A stretch of DNA of 64,000 bases, from positions 64,001-128,000 of the IMG/VR virus record IMGVR_UViG_2061766007_000586. The stretch is one strand, 5' to 3'. The DNA is from a virus. Its lineage: Duplodnaviria > Caudoviricetes. Under the pieces are notes generated by a model that saw only the letters and a list, made by a program, of their open reading frames with translations, was not told where the DNA came from and searched no databases. The stretch's first letter is position 1; every line of letters begins with the position of its first letter. The position numbers and the translations under genes are program-made. Below are positions 19,759 to 27,589 of the stretch, in pieces.

Positions 19759-21228
19759 TTATGAATTGTAAATGTAATCTGGATCGGGTTTGGCTTGAGT
19801 CTGATCAAGTAACCAAGCATTCATAGCTAATGAAGCCTGATCAGTGATCTGAATATCCGAAGATATCAATGATTCGGATGATGCGAGCAGAACGTTAGTC
19901 GGATGAATACCCATAAACTTAGGTGCTTCAGCCATTTCTTTCAAGAACAACATGTGCATTGCATCACCATCAAAATCATAGTTCGGTGCTGCTGAAGCAA
20001 GAGCACTGATAGATACAGTTGCATCTTCATACTCAGGTTTCACACGTGTCGCATAAAGAAGGAAGATTGCACCAAGTCTTAATGACGGATTTCGACCCAT
20101 CAGGATTGGTAATCCTTTATACGGACATTCTGCTATAAGGATATTAATGATTTCATAGATCATAGGATCAAATTGGGCCAGAGCTCTTTCATGTAATTCC
20201 AGAGCTTGTGGACCAGTATAACCTTTACGATTCATGAGCACATTAACAATTTCCAATTTCAATTCCGCAACTGCCATAAGCCACGGAATATAAATTTCGT
20301 CGTAATTGTGTATATCTGAAATCGGCACAATCACAGCACGAGCACTACAATACAGACGAGCACCTAAGAGTTGCTTACGAATGAATCCTATCTTCTTCAA
20401 CAGCTTCTTATTCAGAATTGCTAAAGTATAATCAAGGAATGCATTATAGATAACCCACATGCGTTCGTCAATATACGATTTGCTATATGTGCTATTATGA
20501 TACACATAAATCAGATGACACATTTCCAACTTGGCTTGGATGATATATCCTACAACTCCATCGTTATACGAAATAGTTCCACTCTTTGTTCCTAAGTGTA
20601 AGCTACTGTTTAATGCTGGAATATGTCTGGTAAACATCCTATCACGATACTTTGCAACAAACTGAAGAGCTGCTTCAGTTCGTGGTTTCTCTGTTGGAGT
20701 ATTATACTTCTTCAGAGATGCAAAATACTGAATGATGTTATCAAAGTTATTGTAGAAATACCAGAAGCCTTGACTAAGAATGCCTTGGTACTCTGCAGGA
20801 AGAGGCTGGTTAACATTCATTAACGCAGGCAGAAGTCCTTGTTTTGGATGTAGCCAATTTTCCAAGACTCGATATGCTCCAGGATGAAGAACAGGTGGAA
20901 GGAAATCAGGGATCTCTAACCATCTTTTAAACTTCAATTCTTCAGCAAAGTTTGTCTTGACTATTGTACCACACTTAGGACAACAGATCCCTTCCATGTA
21001 GTTTCCTGACAAATGACCGCAATCACAAGATGCAATATTGGTCAAATCTCGTGATCCATCTTGGAAGAACAGTTGCTTATTCTTAGCCATCTGATCTTTA
21101 ACAAGAACCGAATCTTCGGTATATTGAATCACAAGTGCACCTTCATCTTCAGCAAACAATTGATCATAGTTCACTAAGGATAAGGATGCTAATTCAAAAA
21201 ATTCTTGTAGACTGCATCTTTCGTCCAC
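19759..21228 (-). CDS. Non-virion RNA polymerase beta-prime subunit, N-terminal part (phiKZ gp55-56.1-like)
   Basis: GTG start; Zn finger CDCG...CPKC, ARAVI, RNPSL, catalytic DFDGD. Confidence 0.92.
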   Translation of the reverse strand: MDERCSLQEFFELASLSLVNYDQLFAEDEGALVIQYTEDSVLVKDQMAKNKQLFFQDGSRDLTNIASCDCGHLSGNYMEGICCPKCGTIVKTNFAEELKFKRWLEIPDFLPPVLHPGAYRVLENWLHPKQGLLPALMNVNQPLPAEYQGILSQGFWYFYNNFDNIIQYFASLKKYNTPTEKPRTEAALQFVAKYRDRMFTRHIPALNSSLHLGTKSGTISYNDGVVGYIIQAKLEMCHLIYVYHNSTYSKSYIDERMWVIYNAFLDYTLAILNKKLLKKIGFIRKQLLGARLYCSARAVIVPISDIHNYDEIYIPWLMAVAELKLEIVNVLMNRKGYTGPQALELHERALAQFDPMIYEIINILIAECPYKGLPILMGRNPSLRLGAIFLLYATRVKPEYEDATVSISALASAAPNYDFDGDAMHMLFLKEMAEAPKFMGIHPTNVLLASSESLISSDIQITDQASLAMNAWLLDQTQAKPDPDYIYNS

Positions 21229-21266
21229 TTGTCACCTCCACATGTGCTTAGGATTATTGGAAAAAG

Positions 21267-21303
21267 AACATCAGGTACAGTTTATTCAACCATACCTGAT
21301 GTT
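21267..21303 (-). terminator. Terminator after the chimallin-like gene
   Basis: AACATCAGGTA/TACCTGATGTT inverted repeat followed by a U-tract. Confidence 0.65.
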
Positions 21304-21314
21304 ACAGAATTCAA

Positions 21315-23006
21315 TCAATGATAAGCCATGTAGATTCCGTTGTTATAGCCCTGGCTCATGAGACCGTTGGTCAGCGGCACATTCGTCATCTGGCTAATGA
21401 GAGACGGAAGAGTGATCGGAGTATCGAGAGAAGTCGGAGTGACATACTTCACGACACTGGCAAGGAGCTGAGTCAGATAATTGATATAGCCATTGTTGAA
21501 GAACACGCCAGTGGAACGATACGTGATCTTAGCGGAATCTTCGCCGAGCAGCGAAGCAATGGCCTTCATGCGATAATCAGACTGAGCATACTGCTCGAGG
21601 AAGGAGTTGATGACCGGAGTCTGCGTCTTAGTCGCAGTGACAAAGTTGAGATAATCGCCGAAGCGAGTATCGAGACGCTTACCTTCGAAGAGCATATTGC
21701 CTTCATAATTCGTGAAGATGTACTCGGTATTGATAACGTTGTAGTTAAATCCGAGACCAGGAGTAGTGAGTCCATAATAATCAGCAGTGCATTCGCACAT
21801 CGTGATCTGATTGTTAGCAACCCAAACCGGATTCGCTTCAGTACCAATATTCGACTTACGAACATCATAGAGAAGTTCGAGCTTCGGAAGGTGTGCACGA
21901 CCTTCCGGAATATCGATCATGATACCAGCAGGCAGAACATGAGGAGTCATCTCAATATTCATTTCTTCAGGAGAACTGAAGAACTTGAGAGTCTTGTTCT
22001 GGACATCCTGGAACAGATAACCGAGGTTCGGCTGATCCTTGGCGAACGTTGAATACGGCTTCTTCCAAAGGTTCATAGAAGCAATATGATTTGCAACGAT
22101 CGGCAGAGCGATATTGAGTGCTGCAAGAACCGGAACTTCAGCCGTGATATTGGTTATCACAAGAACTGGATAGAACTTCGCAACATTGTCGATATTCGTC
22201 TTAATGAAGCGAGTATAACCACCGACTGCCAGCATAGGAGTACGGAGATAATCCTGCGTATACTGATAACCCTGGAAGTTGCGAGAAGTATCATCGAACT
22301 CCAGGAGAACGCCCCAGTCAACACGATCCTGGATGACATGAGGAGACTTACGATCGATGTAAGCCTTAACAGCGTTGACGTTCGTATTAGCGGAAATCTT
22401 CATGTCACGATAGACAGAAGCGTTGATCTTGATGCTCGGATCATAAGCCACGAACGTATTGTAGATGTGAGCACCCATGCGATCTGCACGAGTATAGTCA
22501 CCAGCTTCCTTGTCAACGACAATGGACTGGACCAGATTAAGCTTGTTGCTAGTCTGGATAGCCGGAACACGGTCGATCAGAGGAACAAGGCACGGATTGT
22601 AAGATTCCGTGAAGAGGAGCAGGATAGCATTTCCTGTACTCTTGTCGATAAGCACACGATATTCACCCGCGATGCTGTCGGTACCAGGCATGACATCAAC
22701 TTTGCGAGGATGCATCTTGATACTGTCAATCGTATTGATGATATCTTCAATGTACTTCGTTCCTTCAGGACTCAGAGAACTGATCTGATGGAAGAAACCG
22801 ATAACATCTTTACGAGTTGCGGTAGATTCCACATTTGCAGTTTCCTGGATCGGCGGAGGAGGTGGCATTACCGGAGGTGCAGGCGGTGCAGGAGGAACTA
22901 CCGGTGCAGTGTTCACGGTTTCATCGGACGTCTCGATCTGGACAGAGAGACCTTTCTTGCTCGTTGCAGCTGTAGCTGCAGACTTCGTCTTGACGACTTT
23001 ACCCAT
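21315..23006 (-). CDS. chmA: Probable chimallin (phage nucleus shell protein)
   Basis: 563 aa, immediately upstream of nvRNAP beta-prime-N as in Chimalliviridae; early promoter; very strong codon bias; disordered Pro-rich N-terminus; VGGYTRFI...FYPVLVITNI segment resembles ChmA as I recall it. Confidence 0.7.
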   Translation of the reverse strand: MGKVVKTKSAATAATSKKGLSVQIETSDETVNTAPVVPPAPPAPPVMPPPPPIQETANVESTATRKDVIGFFHQISSLSPEGTKYIEDIINTIDSIKMHPRKVDVMPGTDSIAGEYRVLIDKSTGNAILLLFTESYNPCLVPLIDRVPAIQTSNKLNLVQSIVVDKEAGDYTRADRMGAHIYNTFVAYDPSIKINASVYRDMKISANTNVNAVKAYIDRKSPHVIQDRVDWGVLLEFDDTSRNFQGYQYTQDYLRTPMLAVGGYTRFIKTNIDNVAKFYPVLVITNITAEVPVLAALNIALPIVANHIASMNLWKKPYSTFAKDQPNLGYLFQDVQNKTLKFFSSPEEMNIEMTPHVLPAGIMIDIPEGRAHLPKLELLYDVRKSNIGTEANPVWVANNQITMCECTADYYGLTTPGLGFNYNVINTEYIFTNYEGNMLFEGKRLDTRFGDYLNFVTATKTQTPVINSFLEQYAQSDYRMKAIASLLGEDSAKITYRSTGVFFNNGYINYLTQLLASVVKYVTPTSLDTPITLPSLISQMTNVPLTNGLMSQGYNNGIYMAYH

Positions 23007-23069
23007 TGTAAGGGTCCTTTCTTTGGTTTTGTGATATCACATTTAGAGGAAGTTCATTCCTCTAATATA

Positions 23070-23079
23070 GTAATATATA
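23070..23079 (-). promoter_or_regulatory. phiKZ-type early promoter TATATATTAC with a 5'-leader hairpin (23043-23065)
   Basis: Exact motif, followed directly by a TTAGAGGA/TCCTCTAA hairpin. Confidence 0.7.
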
Positions 23080-23110
23080 TTTGTTAAAAAAATGAATCGA
23101 ATCTTTTTGG

Positions 23111-23120
23111 CATTTTATAC
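23111..23120 (+). promoter_or_regulatory. Late/middle-type motif CATTTTATAC
   Basis: Identical to the minus-strand site at 35754-35763; upstream of 23159. Confidence 0.5.
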
Positions 23121-23158
23121 CGGACAAGTACGATATATTATTTATAAGGATAAGCACC

Positions 23159-24313
23159 ATGCTTAGTACAATCTTAAACCTTACAACAACAGGAAATGAA
23201 AAGCCTATTGTTGCTTGGCTTAGGATGTTATCATACATTTCGTTAAAAACTAACATGTATACAGATGCCGTAATTCACGGAACTACTGTTATAACACCCT
23301 GGGTCAATAAGATCTTAAAAATTCTAAACGCGATTGATGCTGAGTCACTTAATAAACTTCCACCAGCACAAAGATACGCTAAGATACTCATGGATTGTGA
23401 CATCCGATTGATCAACCAATTAGCTCCTAATTATAGTGTATCAAGTTTACAAAACTGTTTTGCTAATCCTGTTACAGGAGAAGTAGTTCAGGAATACATG
23501 ATACCATGCAGAAGCGAATTTCCTTTAATGGATTTACCATTAGGAAAAAGACTTGATCAATGGAAGGATGTAAATCCAATCAATATCATTTATAACGACT
23601 CCACAGAATTATGTAGTTATATTCTAAAGATGCAATATCAATACAAACGTTCCGCTCCGAAGATGATAATTGCGGCAATAGATTTACCAGCATTAGCTAT
23701 GAAGTATTGTGTCTATGTGGATGAAATGCAACAGACTGGAAAGTCTTATAACGCATCGTCCTTCATAAAAGAATATCTGATGAATAATTTTTACAATGAT
23801 TGTGTACGTTGTTATATCTTTACATTAATCAAGAACTTCTTTGATAATGAAGATTTAGAACCCACATCTTCTTTAATTGTAGATTTTGCTGCAGTCAAAT
23901 CTGCACAAGAAAATCTAGATCTTTTTTATCACCAACTTAAGAAAAAGAATTACTCAGTCAATGACTTCATTTACACCAAATGGATTCCTGACTTATCTGG
24001 TCCTATCTCCATATATAAATATATGAAGTGGTTTGATCGTCATATCACTTTACCAGATTTTGCACAAGCAAGATATTTAAAGTTCTTAACTCAATATCCA
24101 CTTCTGTATATTCTGGTTAAATTGTATAACTTATCAGACAAACCGAATGATAAGATTATTAAACGTGCACTTTACTTTAAACTTTACAACTTAAATCGCT
24201 CAGGTGTTTTATCGCTGTGCAATAATAGAAAGTTGAAAAGTAAACTTCATCACGATATTAGAGAATTGATCGATCTTTGCAGACCGGACGAATTCTCCCC
24301 GTCGCTAAGCTAA
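23159..24313 (+). CDS. Conserved phiKZ-group protein divergent from chimallin (gp52-like position)
   Basis: 384 aa; W....PI.I, DS.EL and IDLPAL.MKY motifs; position matches the phiKZ-group arrangement. Confidence 0.6.
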   Translation: MLSTILNLTTTGNEKPIVAWLRMLSYISLKTNMYTDAVIHGTTVITPWVNKILKILNAIDAESLNKLPPAQRYAKILMDCDIRLINQLAPNYSVSSLQNCFANPVTGEVVQEYMIPCRSEFPLMDLPLGKRLDQWKDVNPINIIYNDSTELCSYILKMQYQYKRSAPKMIIAAIDLPALAMKYCVYVDEMQQTGKSYNASSFIKEYLMNNFYNDCVRCYIFTLIKNFFDNEDLEPTSSLIVDFAAVKSAQENLDLFYHQLKKKNYSVNDFIYTKWIPDLSGPISIYKYMKWFDRHITLPDFAQARYLKFLTQYPLLYILVKLYNLSDKPNDKIIKRALYFKLYNLNRSGVLSLCNNRKLKSKLHHDIRELIDLCRPDEFSPSLS

Positions 24314-24371
24314 GTGATTTCTCACTTAACTCGCATAATATATACTAATATCAATACAAAAAAATTTGTAT

Positions 24372-24402
24372 CACAAGCTACTCCAAGTCGGAGTAGCTTG
24401 TG
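24372..24402. terminator. Bidirectional terminator between the CDS and the tRNA cluster
   Basis: CACAAGCTACTCC-aagtc-GGAGTAGCTTGTG. Confidence 0.8.
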
Positions 24403-24415
24403 TTATTTATTAATT

Positions 24416-24491
24416 TGGTGCTCTGGCTGGGACTCGAACCCAGGACTCACGCCTTAAAAGGGCGTTACTCTACCGACTGAGTTACCAGAGC
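24416..24491 (-). tRNA. tRNA-Lys(UUU)
   Basis: 76-nt cloverleaf; anticodon arm ACGCC-CT TTT AA-GGCGT; TTCGA T-loop; encoded CCA. Confidence 0.95.
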
Positions 24492-24494
24492 AAA

Positions 24495-24579
24495 TGGTGG
24501 TAGGGGATGGATTCTAACCATCGAAGGCTGAGCCGGCGGATTTACAGTCCGCTGCATTTGAACACTCTGCAACCCTACC
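24495..24579 (-). tRNA. tRNA-Tyr(GUA)
   Basis: 85 nt; GCGGA-CT GTA AA-TCCGC; long variable arm; encoded CCA; atypical T-loop TTAGAAT. Confidence 0.93.
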
Positions 24580-24590
24580 AATGAATCAAG

Positions 24591-24666
24591 TGGTGCCTGT
24601 GATACGATTCGAACGTACACTACACAGATTCTAATTCTGTTGCCTCTGCCGTTGGGCTACACAGGC
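24591..24666 (-). tRNA. tRNA with UAG anticodon (nominally Leu), short variable loop
   Basis: 76 nt; ACAGA-AT TAG AA-TCTGT; TTCGAAT T-loop; discriminator A and CCA. Confidence 0.85.
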
Positions 24667-24740
24667 AATCGATGTATAAGATATACTACTATACACAATA
24701 AATATAACAACTCATCCTATAGCCAATTAAGGAGGTTCAT

Positions 24741-25277
24741 ATGGAAGACATTTCTGATTTAATGAATAAGAAAATGTTTTATGTTTCTATTCCTGAAGTT
24801 TATACTAAAGTTATACCTAAATATTTTTTACAAAAATCAAAACCAGATTTACCGAGATTAAATGGAAGACCTGTTTCGGTTGAAGAATTCAACGAGAAAT
24901 TCCCGGACTATCAATTCGAAGAAGGATTCATTCCAGACATGGTGTACAATCCCCCAGAACAAAATGTAGCTACAGCTTTCGATTCAGTTGCCGACATGGT
25001 AGATATGATCGATAACAATACTACATTTTGTTTATTTAAACCAAGAGAAAATTATCCAAAGGTAATCGAAATATTAGATACCTATATTTACGAATTACAA
25101 CGTGTTGCTCCGGGTCATCCAGAACTAGAAGTCTATTTGAAAAAAGCAGAAGCAGCAGGACTTCTATTTCATGATAGTTATGAAAGATATAAAAACCATT
25201 ACTCTTATCGTGCTACTGGTGAACCAGATCCTGACTTTGACAACAAATATGGCATGATAGCTCGCAACTTCGTATAA
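24741..25277 (+). CDS. Hypothetical protein, probably late/virion
   Basis: 178 aa with AAGGAGGT RBS; CATCCTATAG motif at 24713-24722. Confidence 0.7.
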   Translation: MEDISDLMNKKMFYVSIPEVYTKVIPKYFLQKSKPDLPRLNGRPVSVEEFNEKFPDYQFEEGFIPDMVYNPPEQNVATAFDSVADMVDMIDNNTTFCLFKPRENYPKVIEILDTYIYELQRVAPGHPELEVYLKKAEAAGLLFHDSYERYKNHYSYRATGEPDPDFDNKYGMIARNFV

Positions 25278-25288
25278 GGTAATCGACT

Positions 25289-26977
25289 ATGCAAAATTTA
25301 ACTAATATATCACCTCAGCTTCGAGCTAATATTGAAGCAATTTTAAATCCTGTTCTAAGTGATAACTATAATTCTGTTAATGGTGTTTCTACAAATATCA
25401 AAATTACTGAAGCACCTAAACCTATTAGTTATTACATTGAAGTTACATTTCATAACCAACTTAAAGATGGTTTAAAGTATACTGATCCTAATACAAAAGA
25501 AGAACGTGATTATTTTGAATTTACGCCTATTCGTATGAATGGATTTCGTATTCAACAAAACTTTACTACAAATTATTTAAATCATTATGAAATCAATTGT
25601 AAATTAACAGTTGATCAATATCAATTGCTATTCTACAACTATAAAGATCTTCGTTGTAATGTTATCCTTTATTCCATGGATATCAATACTGGTGCTATTT
25701 ATGGAAAGACTGCTCCTGGAGAACCTATCTTGTTTATTGAAAATGCATATTGTATTTTCAAAGATAAAGTAGATCTTCTTAAGAAAAATCCACGTGGAAG
25801 TATTATTCCTACAGAAGAAGGAATGAATATTTCACATCAGGGACAATTATTAGACAACATTAGTTTTCAGTTAATTCCTGAAGAAGATTATCTTTTCAGA
25901 ATTGAAGACTGTAATGCTATTTTTACAAAGAGTACAGTAGCAGATGCTATCTGGGGTATTGCTAAAGTAGCTGGATGTGTTGATGCTATCATGCTTATTG
26001 ATCCAGATAATAAAACAGTTTATAATAATTTAATCATTCCACCTGTTTTGTCTATTCCTGATGCTCTTGAATTTTTACAAGAACATTATGGTGTTTATAA
26101 CAAAGGTTTAGGATTCTTCTTCCAGAGAAAAGCGTTATATATTTATCCTAAATTCGAAACTAATCCGATTATGCCCAAAGATAAAACGGAACAAAACGAT
26201 TGGAAATCTGAAAAAGATTCTGCAGTCTTAGCATCTCGTTCTATCTCAAGTACTTCTACTGTACGTGGTGAAGTTACTTTAAATACTCTTGGTGATGGTG
26301 GTATGGTACACATCTATATAGCTGGTGAAAATAACTACACTGGTATGCAATGTTATCATGGATTTGAAAATCAAACTATTCATATTGTCAGTAACGATGA
26401 AGCAACATTCCAGGATTTAGCAGATACTGGATTAGAGAATACAGGTTATGGTTATGTCATACATCATTCTGATCGTGATATTGATGTAGGTCGTACAGTA
26501 CTTGAAGCTGATGATCCTGAAAGTGCTAAATACGGAGTGTGGCCGATCAATATTCACGAAACGCCTAATAATGCATATCTCACTCAAGATCAGCAAAATA
26601 CACAAATTGGCATTACAAGTACTAAGTCCAATTTACAATATATGGATACAAAAAGTAATCCGTTTACAATTCAATCAGCTTTAAATTCTTACAGAAGAAG
26701 TATTGCTATCTTCTCTTGGAATGCAGCAATACCGTTTACCTTTAGACCTGGTTATCGTATCTGTTGTCACTATGATGGTGAAGATGAAACAAAACGTGAT
26801 CTTTCATCTAAAACTGGTGATAGTTTACAATACATGACTAGATCTGGTGTAATTGATGAAGTTGATTATACTTTTACAGTAACCAAATTTATTGGTCCTA
26901 TAACAAATTATTTCTGCAAAGCTCGTGTAACAGCTTCACTCGAAGTGGAAAAAACAAAGCATTTAGAATCGATATAA
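25289..26977 (+). CDS. phiKZ-like virion structural protein (baseplate/hub-like)
   Basis: 562 aa; PDN...Y.NLIIPP, LQEHYGVY.KG, YIYP and W....P....PG motifs resemble phiKZ-group structural proteins. Confidence 0.55.
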   Translation: MQNLTNISPQLRANIEAILNPVLSDNYNSVNGVSTNIKITEAPKPISYYIEVTFHNQLKDGLKYTDPNTKEERDYFEFTPIRMNGFRIQQNFTTNYLNHYEINCKLTVDQYQLLFYNYKDLRCNVILYSMDINTGAIYGKTAPGEPILFIENAYCIFKDKVDLLKKNPRGSIIPTEEGMNISHQGQLLDNISFQLIPEEDYLFRIEDCNAIFTKSTVADAIWGIAKVAGCVDAIMLIDPDNKTVYNNLIIPPVLSIPDALEFLQEHYGVYNKGLGFFFQRKALYIYPKFETNPIMPKDKTEQNDWKSEKDSAVLASRSISSTSTVRGEVTLNTLGDGGMVHIYIAGENNYTGMQCYHGFENQTIHIVSNDEATFQDLADTGLENTGYGYVIHHSDRDIDVGRTVLEADDPESAKYGVWPINIHETPNNAYLTQDQQNTQIGITSTKSNLQYMDTKSNPFTIQSALNSYRRSIAIFSWNAAIPFTFRPGYRICCHYDGEDETKRDLSSKTGDSLQYMTRSGVIDEVDYTFTVTKFIGPITNYFCKARVTASLEVEKTKHLESI

Positions 26978-26984
26978 ATAAAGA

Positions 26985-27018
26985 GATACTCCTACGACCG
27001 AAAGGTCGTAGGAGTATC
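26985..27018. terminator. Bidirectional terminator
   Basis: GATACTCCTACGACC-gaaa-GGTCGTAGGAGTATC. Confidence 0.85.
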
Positions 27019-27026
27019 GAATAACA

Positions 27027-27572
27027 TCAATAACCAGTAAATATACCAGCATTACTCAAAACGTTGTACAGTAATCCAACAACAGCAGCAGCTGTAGGAA
27101 CAACATACGAACAATCTGCACAACTTGCTTCTGCATAGTTCAGATTGTTACGATACGATGCCCATACATTGTGTAAATCATTGGCACACATTGTTTTAAC
27201 AACACCTGCTGATCCTCCGCCACCACCGGAACCGGTGCCGCCAAGAGACCCGCAATACTGTGCATAACCTACGCTGCCACCACCGCTCATGCCAGATTGT
27301 GCAGAAGAGATAATTTCAGCTTTAGTAGCACCTCCGAGCTTATCAGCATATGCACACCAAGAAGCCTTTATAGGCCAATACGATGCAGATGCAATGCTAG
27401 AACTTTGTACAATCGGAGTAATACGTCCTGAACTTGCTGCAGCAGTCTGAGCGGTAAAATACCTTGTATCAAACTGCCTTGGATGAAGCTCAGGGTACAC
27501 AAGATTCTGCACCCAACCGGTAGCAGAACTAACCCACTCTGTAAGTTGAGTTAAATTAATTTCACCAGCCAT
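27027..27572 (-). CDS. Small Gly/Cys-containing protein ending the fibre operon
   Basis: 181 aa with AAGGA RBS; Gly-rich stretch GGTGSGGGGGSAG. Confidence 0.65.
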   Translation of the reverse strand: MAGEINLTQLTEWVSSATGWVQNLVYPELHPRQFDTRYFTAQTAAASSGRITPIVQSSSIASASYWPIKASWCAYADKLGGATKAEIISSAQSGMSGGGSVGYAQYCGSLGGTGSGGGGGSAGVVKTMCANDLHNVWASYRNNLNYAEASCADCSYVVPTAAAVVGLLYNVLSNAGIFTGY

Positions 27573-27589
27573 AATCTAAGTGTCCTTTA

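Noticed and set aside
9736-21228. Introns or inteins in nrdD, terL or the RNAP gene
   Set aside because: All three are uninterrupted and of expected length, with no intein termini or homing endonuclease motifs seen.
21318-23087. Long plus-strand ORFs (244 and 333 aa) antisense to the chimallin-like gene
   Set aside because: Shadow ORFs produced by the strong codon bias of the real gene; no RBS or recognisable motifs.
24591-24666. Suppressor tRNA or stop-codon reassignment
   Set aside because: The 5-bp stem fixes the anticodon as UAG (reads CUA), and genes are full length in the standard code with TAA, TAG and TGA all used as stops.
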